This document shows, piece by piece, positions 9,026 through 18,397 of a DNA stretch of 64,000 bases (positions are counted from its first letter, which is position 1; every line of letters begins with the position of its first letter). The stretch comes from a virus. The stretch lies in IMG/VR virus record IMGVR_UViG_3300009034_002371, positions 1 to 64,000 of that record; one strand, 5' to 3'. The notes beneath the pieces were generated by a model. That model did no database searches and was not told the origin of the DNA. It saw only the letters and a program-made list of their open reading frames with translations. The position numbers and the translations under genes were made by a program.

Positions 9026-12000
9026 ATGTTCGTTCCGAGAAAGGGTTTTGTCAGATACGGGAACAGAGTAACCATAGCTAGGGCTGGCACTTATCAGGAG
9101 GTGATTGGCACTACGGATGTTATTCTCGGCCCTCAAACTATGCAAAAACTTGCTGCTCTGGTTCCTGTAAGTGAGTATTCAGACAAGTATTTATACGTGA
9201 GAGCTAGGGCAGTTTCTGGGTATGAGAAATATGGGCCAAATGAGAACGGTGATGCTTTTGAGTGGCTGGAGTTGGCAAAAGCTTATCCCACCTTTGTCCG
9301 GGGTGGGATCTATAAGGACCATAATAATAAGGATCGCAGAGAGGCTGTTGGAATTGTAGTTGATGCCTGGCCCAATACTGATGAAGAGTTTGTTGAGGTC
9401 TTGATGGCTATTAACAAACAGAAGGCACCTAGGGAGGTTAAGCTAATAGAGTCCGGGAAGTTGACAGATGTCTCTATGGGGTGTGTAGTTGATGAGGCCA
9501 TATGCTCCGTTTGCGGTAACATTGCACGTGATGAGACTCAGTACTGCGATCATATTAGACAGGGTTTAAAGGGTCAGGTAATAGGTGGAGAGCCATGTTT
9601 TGAGTACAATAAAGGTGTCCGATTCTTTGAAGTCAGCTTGATAAGTCCCTGGAGCGAAGCTGCTGACCCCGCGGCTAAGATAAGGGAGACTATAGCTTCT
9701 AAAGTTGAGTTGGCTGGTTTCGAGGAGTGGATTGTAGATCACTCCGAATTGGACGAGACTATCCCCATTTTAAATAGGGAGGAGCGTGTAGGTATGGATT
9801 TCGTGTTTGGGCAGTTGGTGACTACTAGGGATGGTAGACGCGGGACTGTAACGGGTCAACAGGGCGAGGAAGTCACAGTTACGCTAGAGGGCTCCGGCGA
9901 TGAGCCTCTCCTGTTCCGTGCTGACTATTTAACTCCAATCGCCGTAGAGCCAAATAGTAAGGAGGTTGTAGAGATGGCGAAGGAAAAGGAAGCCGCCATG
10001 AGCCCTCGAGAAGCGCAAGGGGAAGGCCCTGAAGAGTATGATATGGAACATCCGTTCAGGGGCAATCCGATGCGTGGCCGATGGCATGGTGACTACGGCT
10101 CGCCCGGAGAAAAGTTTCAGCAGGATTTTGATCGTACTAATGTACCGTCGGATCCTGTTGACTTACGTGGGCAGCAGATGTCTAGTGAAAAGGAACGCGG
10201 TGACTACTTGCATAAGGGCTATACTGGTGATAAGGCAGAAGGGAAGGCTCCTATCGGTGCAAGTCGTCGCCGTCCTGTAACTGCTGCAGAGCTCGAGGAG
10301 CAGATGGATTACGCACTCGAACAGGCAGCAGATGCCGGTGTAGAGCTGGAAGAGGTTAAGGAGAAGGAGGCTAAGAGAACGGGTCTTTTTGACCGTGCGA
10401 AAGCTGTCTTCGGGATCGGCAAGGAAGCTGACTACACCGAGTATGATGAGGAAAACCCAGATAGGGGATCTATGATGCGTATGAGGGATCCGAGCGATGA
10501 CCAGTATAATTCGGCCTCGGAGTACTTTGATGCGCAGAAGGCTGAAGCTGATGCAAAGGATGCTGAGACTCGTACAGATATCGAAAGGCAGCGTCCTGTG
10601 ACCTATTCTAATACTCCAGAGGAGATTTCCAAGATAAGGTCAGTTTCTACAAAGACAGCAGGGGCTGAGGATGTAGATAAACTCGTGGATATGCTCAAGA
10701 AGGTCTTCAAGGAGGACGAGAAGAAGGTTACCGAGTTCGTCGATACCGTTCGTAAGTTGGATGAAGCAGATTTCGACGAACTGGCTAAGGCTCTCAAGGG
10801 CGTGAAGGAAGAAGAAGACAAAGAAGTTGAGAAAGCTAAGGACAAGGATAAAGAGGAAGAGCCAGAGGGTCCTCCAAAGAGACCAGAGGGTCCTCCAAAG
10901 AGACCAGAGGGTCCTCCAAAGAGACCAGAGGGTCTTCCAAAGAGACCAGAGGGTCTTCCTCCAGGTCGCCGTCCTGCACCTCCAACAGGTCCTCCAAAGA
11001 AACCGGTGGGTCTTCCAGGTGGTGCTCCAGGTGGTGCTCCTCCAAGACTCCCAGGTGCCCCTGGTCCTGGTCCTGGTGGTTTACCGATGGGCGATGTAAG
11101 AATGTATGCACGTCAGGCCATAGCTGCTAGAGAGCTTTCCAAGTTGGCAGCAACCCTTGGTCAGTGGGGTGATGAGGATCCTGTAGCACACGCCAAGAGG
11201 ATGGTGCTGCAGCAGATCTCTAGAGACCCAGCAACAGATCCTACTAGTATATTCTGGTTGGCTTCTGATGTCCGTGGCCTGGATGAAGAGCAGATGGGTC
11301 GGCTCGCTGGTGAGCTACACCTCGAAATCCCGGGTGTACACCCAAGAACAGCTTCGGTAGATTACGAGAGAATGACCAATGCTGAGATTTTGGGTGCATA
11401 CAAGGCTCTGGCAGCTAATGCAGTTTCTGATACTGCTCTAAAAGATGTTCTAACCGCTATGCTCCAGAGAGGCATTACATTGAAGGTAGCTGCAGAGCGG
11501 AAAGACGTCCTAAGATATATCTACGAGCGTATGACCAAGGACAATGTGCCCTATATTGAGGCTAGGAGGGAGGCTGATGTAAAGTTTGACATTATAAAGG
11601 ACAAACCCGATCAGCCTGGTACCCGCCCTCTAGGGTTTGGGCATGAAACTGAAGGTCCTGGTAGCTCGTCTGAGCTGGGCCATCAAGAGCCTAGTGACGG
11701 AAGACATCTCAGCCGCGGAACCCCAGGCGCAATGGGTGGTACACCTACCCCTTCCGGTGTTACGCCTAGGGAGTTTAACGAGCGGGTCCCGTATAGGAGT
11801 TCTGGTATGAGACGTGAAGCAGTTGACGGGGCGTTCCTAAATGATTATGACATAACCTATGGCACCAACACCCGTTGGGATGAGCGTGTCAAGACTATGT
11901 CAGAACAGGAGAACGCTACACAGAAGAGAGATTTCGCGGCAGAGCTGAGAGAAGCTCGGAAGCGGGAACTGGCGTCCAGAGGTGGCGAAGTAACTGCTGC

Positions 12001-13909
12001 TAGGTCTTTCTCAGAGTGGAAGTCCGCTCTAAAGAGGAAAGGTGCTCCCGCGAAGACCATTCGTAAGTTCGAGCACATTTGGAAATCGGCTCTCGATGAC
12101 GGCAAAGGCGAGGAATACGCAGCACGCGCTGCTATAGATTCGGTTCCGGCCCAGTATATCGAGAAACCTACCAAGGAGCATGGCCCCGAGAAGAAAGGCC
12201 CGATAAAGAAGTCCGATCTTCAGGCAACGCTGGTGGCTTATAAAGCCGGAGAGATTACCGACGCCGAGATACTCGAGATGCTGGTGGATGTTACAGATGA
12301 CGAGGCCACAGAGGCTGTTAGGACAGCAGCCGGTGCCGAGTACACAGGTCCCGAGATGCTTGGATCTGAGATAAAAGGTGCCCCTTCAGCTGATCTTGCT
12401 GTTGAGGAGACTAGGAAGCAGAAAAAGGATTTCCAGCAGGAGCTGAAAGAAGCAACGGGCGTCAAGCTCGGTCAGAGGCTCAGAGTGGCTGTAGGTGCCA
12501 GTGATGAAAGTCACCTCGCTGAGGTGATGGAAATCGTTACCGATAGCGATATAATCCACGTGGATTATGAGGACGGCATCCGTAACAGAGACGCTATAGA
12601 CCTTAAAGAGGGTCGCTCCAAAGTCTTTGGCCCTGTGCGTGTCTATACAAGACCAGAGATCCTAACGGTCAAGAAAGGTAACTGGATTGGTTACGGCGAT
12701 GGCGCTTCATGGAGCTTATATAACTTCCATCGCGAAAGTGGGAAGATAGCCGAGGTGAAGTTGGCCGAAGCAGATCCGGCAGAGATCGTTACGGACTTTC
12801 AACTGGCTGGGGAGGATGCAGTCCCCGAGTTCTTCGCTTCGAAGGCATATGGTGAAACTGTTCTCGAGAAGATGGAGGAACTGGAGACGCAGGGAGCACT
12901 CGATCCAGAAGAGGGTACAGGTGTTCCATCGGCAACTGAAGCCGCTCCTGGTGAGATAGCCGTTGGTGCTCGTGTAGTGATTGCTGAAGGTTGGATGCCC
13001 ACTGGTGAGGAGTCCGATGAGTTGGTCCACGACATCGTCCAGCTCCGAGACGAAGAGGTTGAAGGAGCAGTCGAGGCGGTTGATGATAGGACTGACGAGC
13101 TCCAGGTGGACTTTGGCGGCGATCGATCTATCATCCTCAGTACAGCTGAGGTAAGGTTAGCTCGGGATGCTAATGAGACAGGCACCGATGTCCGGTGGAC
13201 AGAGGAAAGTAGGGCTCAGGCTGAGCAAGAGAACAAGACACAACAGTCTGAGTTCGCAAAAGAGCAAGTGCTCTCCTCGTTCGGACCTGATTCTCAGAGA
13301 AGTACGCATCTTGCGGCAAAGACCGCTTCTAAGGTGGGCCAATTCGAGGAGCACACAGCGTTTATGAGCACCTTGGTAAGAGATGCAGGGTTGCGTGTTA
13401 AAGATGCACTTCCTCATGTAGTTCAGGCCTTCGAGATGACTGAAGAGGAGACTCAGGCATTTGTAGAGAGTGATGAGTATACGGAGGCTTTCGAAATGCC
13501 CTTGACTCCTAATAAAATGAATAGCGAACCTGAATTCGGTGCAGGTAAGGAAGTTACGCAGATGCGTGTGAAACTCGCCGGCATGAAGAAACGTCTCTGT
13601 GCCCGAATTGCCCAAGACATGTATAGCAGGGGCATGATTAAGGGCGTAACTGCGGATATGAGCGATGACGATATCCGGCAGGCACTTGACGATCAGATCG
13701 ATAGGCTGATGAAGATGGATGAGCAGGGTCTCTATGAGTTTGAAGAGGCTGTAAAATCGGCTTCAGACCCTGATGGAGTCGAGGCTCTCCGGAAACGATC
13801 AGCTAGGATTGGCCCAAGAGAGGGTACGCTGCAGCAGCCGCTGATAATGAGAGGTGCTAGCAAACCGGCATCGATGAACAGTCTGGATGATCCCGAGTTC
13901 TTCAAGTAA
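9026..13909 (+). CDS. Prohead (capsid maturation) protease fused to long cargo/scaffold region with SH3/KOW-like and ChaB-like segments
   Basis: N-terminal N.NGD.F...YKDHNN...G.VVDA...VSMGC..DEAICSVCG...YCDH...FFEVSLI..AADP.A resembles Zn-finger-containing HK97-type prohead proteases of large myophages; lies upstream of the capsid genes; charged helical C-terminus is scaffold-like; ChaB-like FEHIWKSALDDGKGEEYAARAAIDSV (~12070-12145). Confidence 0.75.
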   Translation: MFVPRKGFVRYGNRVTIARAGTYQEVIGTTDVILGPQTMQKLAALVPVSEYSDKYLYVRARAVSGYEKYGPNENGDAFEWLELAKAYPTFVRGGIYKDHNNKDRREAVGIVVDAWPNTDEEFVEVLMAINKQKAPREVKLIESGKLTDVSMGCVVDEAICSVCGNIARDETQYCDHIRQGLKGQVIGGEPCFEYNKGVRFFEVSLISPWSEAADPAAKIRETIASKVELAGFEEWIVDHSELDETIPILNREERVGMDFVFGQLVTTRDGRRGTVTGQQGEEVTVTLEGSGDEPLLFRADYLTPIAVEPNSKEVVEMAKEKEAAMSPREAQGEGPEEYDMEHPFRGNPMRGRWHGDYGSPGEKFQQDFDRTNVPSDPVDLRGQQMSSEKERGDYLHKGYTGDKAEGKAPIGASRRRPVTAAELEEQMDYALEQAADAGVELEEVKEKEAKRTGLFDRAKAVFGIGKEADYTEYDEENPDRGSMMRMRDPSDDQYNSASEYFDAQKAEADAKDAETRTDIERQRPVTYSNTPEEISKIRSVSTKTAGAEDVDKLVDMLKKVFKEDEKKVTEFVDTVRKLDEADFDELAKALKGVKEEEDKEVEKAKDKDKEEEPEGPPKRPEGPPKRPEGPPKRPEGLPKRPEGLPPGRRPAPPTGPPKKPVGLPGGAPGGAPPRLPGAPGPGPGGLPMGDVRMYARQAIAARELSKLAATLGQWGDEDPVAHAKRMVLQQISRDPATDPTSIFWLASDVRGLDEEQMGRLAGELHLEIPGVHPRTASVDYERMTNAEILGAYKALAANAVSDTALKDVLTAMLQRGITLKVAAERKDVLRYIYERMTKDNVPYIEARREADVKFDIIKDKPDQPGTRPLGFGHETEGPGSSSELGHQEPSDGRHLSRGTPGAMGGTPTPSGVTPREFNERVPYRSSGMRREAVDGAFLNDYDITYGTNTRWDERVKTMSEQENATQKRDFAAELREARKRELASRGGEVTAARSFSEWKSALKRKGAPAKTIRKFEHIWKSALDDGKGEEYAARAAIDSVPAQYIEKPTKEHGPEKKGPIKKSDLQATLVAYKAGEITDAEILEMLVDVTDDEATEAVRTAAGAEYTGPEMLGSEIKGAPSADLAVEETRKQKKDFQQELKEATGVKLGQRLRVAVGASDESHLAEVMEIVTDSDIIHVDYEDGIRNRDAIDLKEGRSKVFGPVRVYTRPEILTVKKGNWIGYGDGASWSLYNFHRESGKIAEVKLAEADPAEIVTDFQLAGEDAVPEFFASKAYGETVLEKMEELETQGALDPEEGTGVPSATEAAPGEIAVGARVVIAEGWMPTGEESDELVHDIVQLRDEEVEGAVEAVDDRTDELQVDFGGDRSIILSTAEVRLARDANETGTDVRWTEESRAQAEQENKTQQSEFAKEQVLSSFGPDSQRSTHLAAKTASKVGQFEEHTAFMSTLVRDAGLRVKDALPHVVQAFEMTEEETQAFVESDEYTEAFEMPLTPNKMNSEPEFGAGKEVTQMRVKLAGMKKRLCARIAQDMYSRGMIKGVTADMSDDDIRQALDDQIDRLMKMDEQGLYEFEEAVKSASDPDGVEALRKRSARIGPREGTLQQPLIMRGASKPASMNSLDDPEFFK
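10862..10960 (+). repeat. 21-bp tandem repeat (~4.7 copies) encoding PEGPPKR
   Basis: ccagagggtcYtccaaagaga repeated from 10862. Confidence 0.95.
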
Positions 13910-13930
13910 GTTCCACTGTGGGTTATTATG

Positions 13931-13970
13931 TAGATGATGTCTAATAAATCTATTTATTAGACATCATCTA
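13931..13970. promoter_or_regulatory. Perfect 19-bp inverted repeat between protease gene and next gene, abutting its RBS
   Basis: tagatgatgtctaataaat-ct-atttattagacatcatcta; GGAGGTG begins at 13972. Confidence 0.7.
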
Positions 13971-13985
13971 TGGAGGTGCGGACAG

Positions 13986-15938
13986 GTGAAGCCGAGAGAA
14001 CTAGATGCGCTTGTAGCTGCTTTGTCTACTGACGTTATATATGGCCTACAGATTGAAAGGTCTGGTATAGGGCAGTATGTAGTTTCAGGTTGTCCTGATG
14101 ATTACAGGATTTATGTCAAGCAGCGTGCCCCCGCTCCTCTAGGTAAACAAGAGCTTACCAAAGTTGCTTCTCTTATCAAGGCTGAAGTTAACAGTTTCCT
14201 AGATGGTATTTTGCGTGTTGGAGATCAACTAGTTCGATATGCGCAGGATCCCGCACAGATTATTCAGTTGATAATGCGGTTCGCTCCTAATGCCGATTCG
14301 GTTGAGGAGTTGAAGGGTAATATTGAGGGTGCGATAGATACTGATACGCTATCGGAGGAGTTTATGCCACTTATACAATCTGCGTTTGAGTCGAAGGTGA
14401 GTGGCGATTGGACTTCTTTCTATCAGCTTACACAGGAGGTTGCACCCGAAGTTAGAATTCCCGCAATGCCTGGTGTAGAGTATGGTGCTGAAACTACCAT
14501 AACTACTGCTCCAACAGTAATGACTCCAGTGCCTGGCATGCCTATGCCTGCAAAGGGTTTAGCTCCTACGTCTCAAAAGTTAGTTCTGTCAGTAAACTCC
14601 ACTCCGATCCGCCTCATGAAACACGCACAGGATGAGGAATCTGAGTTTATCGAGCGGGTTATGCGGGGGACAGAACCTACGAAAGGGGAAGAGAAGGAAT
14701 ACGAGTATCTCGATTACTATACCCGGGGGGTTGAGCCGGGAAGTAGGGAGGAAACAGAGCTATTGATGAACTTTGATCCTCTTGAACCGCAGCTGCCTCC
14801 TGAAGAAAGACCTGAAACTGTCTTCGAGCGTCTCGAAATTGAGCCTCTTATGGAAACGCAAGAGGAGCAGGAATCTACTAGACGTGTTGAGGAGGAGCGA
14901 GAAGAGCACGCAGGGCGATTCCGTAAGGTCCTTGATGATATGCTTGAACGAGAAGTCATATCGGAGAGTCAGCGGGATTATTTATCAGGGGCCTCGGGGA
15001 TCTCTGAATGGGTTTATAGTACAGGTGCAAGCTCGGAAGCGGATATAGAGGGGGTCGTTAGTGAGTTAGCAAGCGGTAAACTATCGTCGGAAGTATGGCA
15101 ACTGCCCAAACACGAAACAGCGATGACTCCATATGCACCCGACGTTCCCGCTTGGTGGCGAGGTTTCTGGGGTATTGTAGGAGCACTACCCGAGTATAGA
15201 TACGATGAGTTGCGGGAGAGGTTAGAACTGAATACTGATATTAGGGAAGCAGCAGGGGAAGAGCTTTTTGTGGATGATTTGCATGATAAGCTCGGTGATA
15301 TTGGTGAGATATTTGATATAACTACCATCAGGGACCCGGATCAACGGGCTCTGGCCAGAAGCAGAGCTCGGCAAAAAGCGTTTGATGAGGTTTGGGCACC
15401 CTATGCTCTTCTACATGCATTTACGTTAGCTGGGATGCAGGGAGTGCGTGTTCATCAGAGAATGCTTGAGGGTTGGATGGAAGCTCACTTTCCACCTGAG
15501 TTTGTAAATAAGTTTAGAGAGACGGTACGACTTTCAAGTGGTGGGAATATGGAAGAAAGCTTTCCAGAGCTCGTGAAAGCTATTTACTGGTGGAGAGATC
15601 CGGCAGAGGGTATGGGGCATGGCACAGATCCTACAATGTGGGACCCAGAGTTTTTAGCTCAGGTACCTGAGACGTTGGAGGTAGATACGGAGCTTAAGCT
15701 CGGAGATGATCCTAAAACAGCTGTCGATATCGGTACCGTAACTGTGGACCACCCAGTATATAGAACGTATATACATAGGCCCAAAAGGCCGGAGAAACCA
15801 ATAGTTTATCAACCCGGAACTCTTAGACCAGATGATCCAAGAAATGTGGCCTTAGAGTTTCCAGAGAAAGGTGAGAGGGTAGAGGGTCCAGGGTTTGCTT
15901 CGGAGAGGCAGCGACGCTGGTGGTTCGCTGGACGTTAG
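13986..15938 (+). CDS. Hypothetical acidic head-region protein
   Basis: 650-aa ORF with GGAGGTG RBS and GTG start; ends in FASERQRRWWFAGR. Confidence 0.7.
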   Translation: MKPRELDALVAALSTDVIYGLQIERSGIGQYVVSGCPDDYRIYVKQRAPAPLGKQELTKVASLIKAEVNSFLDGILRVGDQLVRYAQDPAQIIQLIMRFAPNADSVEELKGNIEGAIDTDTLSEEFMPLIQSAFESKVSGDWTSFYQLTQEVAPEVRIPAMPGVEYGAETTITTAPTVMTPVPGMPMPAKGLAPTSQKLVLSVNSTPIRLMKHAQDEESEFIERVMRGTEPTKGEEKEYEYLDYYTRGVEPGSREETELLMNFDPLEPQLPPEERPETVFERLEIEPLMETQEEQESTRRVEEEREEHAGRFRKVLDDMLEREVISESQRDYLSGASGISEWVYSTGASSEADIEGVVSELASGKLSSEVWQLPKHETAMTPYAPDVPAWWRGFWGIVGALPEYRYDELRERLELNTDIREAAGEELFVDDLHDKLGDIGEIFDITTIRDPDQRALARSRARQKAFDEVWAPYALLHAFTLAGMQGVRVHQRMLEGWMEAHFPPEFVNKFRETVRLSSGGNMEESFPELVKAIYWWRDPAEGMGHGTDPTMWDPEFLAQVPETLEVDTELKLGDDPKTAVDIGTVTVDHPVYRTYIHRPKRPEKPIVYQPGTLRPDDPRNVALEFPEKGERVEGPGFASERQRRWWFAGR

Positions 15939-16102
15939 AGGAGAGGAGACATTCTAGAGACGGACACTGCAGTGTCCAAAAGAATTTCAAGCTTCCCTCA
16001 GATATGGGGGATATGTCATATAGCTTATGAGGCGCAAGCCTACTACGAGTGGCGGGGGGTTATATGACGAAACGAATAACGTCACACAAGGAGGTATTAT
16101 TC

Positions 16103-16597
16103 ATGGGTGCTAAAATTCAATTCCTAGGTGGTTATCAGGATGGTACCATCGAGGTGAACCCAAATACAGATGCGTACGTACAGGGCCAGCCACTTAAAAT
16201 CAACACCGATGCACAACTGGAACTCTGTCTGTGCTACAGGGAAGGATACGACGATGGATATGCAGGGCTGGCAAAGGGATGGTCAGGATCAGCGGCTGTA
16301 GGCGACAGACGCTCAGACATCTACAACGGTAAGGCAACTTACTGGGCTGGGTTCAACCAGATTAGGTTAGATGCGACCGATCCGAGAAATCCCGACAACG
16401 ATGTTGTGCCGTTTGATACGGCGCCGATATATAACCCAGGCGATGATATCTATATCAACGTTTTGGGCTTCTTGACCAATGTTGGTCCCGCCGGACCCGC
16501 TGGTTACACAGCTGTCTGTGACAACGCTACGCCGATCGCGTATGTGGTCTCAGTCGGTGCTGAAGATGCATATCTGGTCATCAACCAGGTGAGATAA
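16103..16597 (+). CDS. Putative capsid decoration/cement protein
   Basis: AAGGAGGT RBS before ATG 16103; ~165-aa Gly-rich beta protein directly upstream of the capsid gene; SDIYNGKATYWAG...YNPGD.IY....G.LTN pattern. Confidence 0.6.
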   Translation: MGAKIQFLGGYQDGTIEVNPNTDAYVQGQPLKINTDAQLELCLCYREGYDDGYAGLAKGWSGSAAVGDRRSDIYNGKATYWAGFNQIRLDATDPRNPDNDVVPFDTAPIYNPGDDIYINVLGFLTNVGPAGPAGYTAVCDNATPIAYVVSVGAEDAYLVINQVR

Positions 16598-16619
16598 TCG
16601 GACGGCGCGGATCTTAACC

Positions 16620-16642
16620 GACGGGGCCTTCGGGCCCCCGTC
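16620..16642 (+). terminator. Hairpin with C(UUCG)G tetraloop after the decoration gene (terminator or RNA-stability element)
   Basis: gacggggcc-ttcg-ggcccccgtc; no U-tract, so termination is uncertain. Confidence 0.5.
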
Positions 16643-16781
16643 ATATCTAGAAGGAATGGAGTTATGAAAGTGCCGGAACATTGGATACCTTATTAAAACC
16701 GGCGCACTAATCTCAACGGGTGGATTCGTAGGGAATCTGCCACTAGCACTAATTTCTTAGTATTATGAGGAGGTAACTCAA

Positions 16782-17780
16782 ATGCGTTATGCATCCGCCA
16801 CCGCAGAAGGTGGTTTAAGTCAAGCCGACCTCACTCAGATTTCGACAGCTGTTGCAAGAGGGCTGCAGTTGTCGGGAAGAGCTGGTCGAACGGTTGATAT
16901 GAATCCGGCCGAGAAAAGACGCAAAGAGTATATCAGCGGGATTCAGAAAGAAGCTGCTCTGGCCAGGGCATTAACGACCGAAGCGGGATTGAGAAAGATT
17001 GCGGCCAATATGGCCAATCCCGTGAGGTTTTATCTCGATTATAAAGGCATCTTCAGGAAGTTTGCTGTAGTTGAGCAAATACCTGACGGTGTGCCCATGA
17101 TCTACGACAGGGACTTTCCAGATGTCCCTGCCGTGAAAGTGGGCCCAGGTGGCGCTGCTGCCATGATCGAGATGATTGCACAGCGTGTTGAACTAGAACC
17201 TTTTGAAATAATAGCTCGTCCGAAGGTTCCATACCGCGAGCTATTCAACCGAAGGTTCCGCGCGCTAGATAGGGCAAAGGACAAGCTGATCTGGGGTATG
17301 GAGCTAAGAGAGGATCTCATCGGCTTCTCCCTGTTGGCTACTGCCTGGGCAGCGGGCCCAAATGCAGGTGTGGCCGTAGCAGGTGCCCTCACGAAAGCGG
17401 CACTTGCAGATGCCTTCGCTCAGATAGAGCGTTGGAGGTTACCGGTTGCATCCGTCCTGATGTCAGCCTACGGTACTCGTGACATTAGGAGCTGGGAATG
17501 GACGGTATTGGATCAGTTGGCCCTTCAAGAGATCCGAGAGACCGGTTATCTCGGAAATCTGTGGGGTGCTGACTTCTACGTCAGCGACCAGGTTCCATAC
17601 GGAACTATGTATATAATGACCACGCCGAAGTTCCTCGCCTGGATGCCGTTCCGACGTGATACTCAGGTGATTCCGGCAGACGATCCGGATAACACCTGGT
17701 TAGGGTTCGTCGGATATGAACTCCTGGGAATGACAGTATTCAATTCCCGTGGAGTTACCAGGCTGACCTTCACCGTCTAG
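16782..17780 (+). CDS. Major capsid protein (HK97/encapsulin-like fold)
   Basis: Strong RBS GAGGAGGT; 332 aa; LDYKGIFRK...VEQIP.G..YD.D...FEI.ARP.V...L..RRF..LDR...REDL..F.LL...G.LWGA...S..VP.G pattern of large-phage HK97-type capsids; follows protease and decoration genes. Confidence 0.85.
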   Translation: MRYASATAEGGLSQADLTQISTAVARGLQLSGRAGRTVDMNPAEKRRKEYISGIQKEAALARALTTEAGLRKIAANMANPVRFYLDYKGIFRKFAVVEQIPDGVPMIYDRDFPDVPAVKVGPGGAAAMIEMIAQRVELEPFEIIARPKVPYRELFNRRFRALDRAKDKLIWGMELREDLIGFSLLATAWAAGPNAGVAVAGALTKAALADAFAQIERWRLPVASVLMSAYGTRDIRSWEWTVLDQLALQEIRETGYLGNLWGADFYVSDQVPYGTMYIMTTPKFLAWMPFRRDTQVIPADDPDNTWLGFVGYELLGMTVFNSRGVTRLTFTV

Positions 17781-17800
17781 GTCATAGTCGCTGTTGAGCT

Positions 17801-17831
17801 GTTAAGGAGGTTCGGGAGGGGCCTCCTTAAC
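17801..17831 (+). terminator. Hairpin after capsid gene
   Basis: gttaaggagg...cctccttaac, 10-bp perfect stem. Confidence 0.55.
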
Positions 17832-17855
17832 TGTCTCCGTTGGTAGTGGTTTCTT

Positions 17856-18389
17856 ATGGGGGATTGGAATGCAGATTATGAGTTAGCCCAGAAGTGTAGC
17901 AAAGGAGATAAGGCTGCCCTCGATGGCTTAGTCTCTCAGTTTCTTCCTAAGATTTCTAACAGGGTGCAGAGACTGATTCCTGAATGGGATGCGGAGGATG
18001 TAGTACAAGATGTAGTTTTTGCTATGCTTAACAGTATAGGAAACTATAGGGCTAAATCGGCGCTCGTTACTTGGGTTTATAGAATAACTACTAATAAGGC
18101 AGCCGACTATTTTCGAAAACGTGGCCGCGAGATTCTAGTTTCCACACGTGGGGGACTTTCGTATGGCTCAGCCGATCTCCGCGATGAAGTAGATTGCCTT
18201 TTGTTAGTCGACGAAGTTTTCTCTAGAGTCCTTGAGAAAAACGAAAAGTACCTGGAAGTTGTGCAGTTGAAGTTTTATGAGGGTCTTAGCTTTGGGGAGA
18301 TTTCGGAAAGGTTGGGTATCGGGTACGAGGCAACTCGCTCGCGTTATCGGAGGGCAATGGATAGTGTTGAACAGTTTATGTTGCATTAG
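17856..18389 (+). CDS. ECF-type sigma-70 RNA polymerase sigma factor
   Basis: Region 2: DAEDVVQDV...WVYRITTNKAADYFRK; region 4: LKFYEGLSFGEISERLG...TRSRYRRA. Confidence 0.9.
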   Translation: MGDWNADYELAQKCSKGDKAALDGLVSQFLPKISNRVQRLIPEWDAEDVVQDVVFAMLNSIGNYRAKSALVTWVYRITTNKAADYFRKRGREILVSTRGGLSYGSADLRDEVDCLLLVDEVFSRVLEKNEKYLEVVQLKFYEGLSFGEISERLGIGYEATRSRYRRAMDSVEQFMLH

Positions 18390-18397
18390 ATAGAATT

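Noticed and set aside
16024-16073. Hammerhead-like look (cttatga-ggc-gcaa-gcc ... gaaac)
   Set aside because: Core is CUUAUGA rather than CUGAUGA, and GAAA does not follow stem II
16664-16696. 10-codon ORF (MKVPEHWIPY) with possible RBS before the capsid gene
   Set aside because: Too short to support without conservation or ribosome-profiling data
16782-17780. Cellular encapsulin operon
   Set aside because: Flanked by prohead protease, decoration and neck/tail-completion-like genes, so a viral capsid is the better reading
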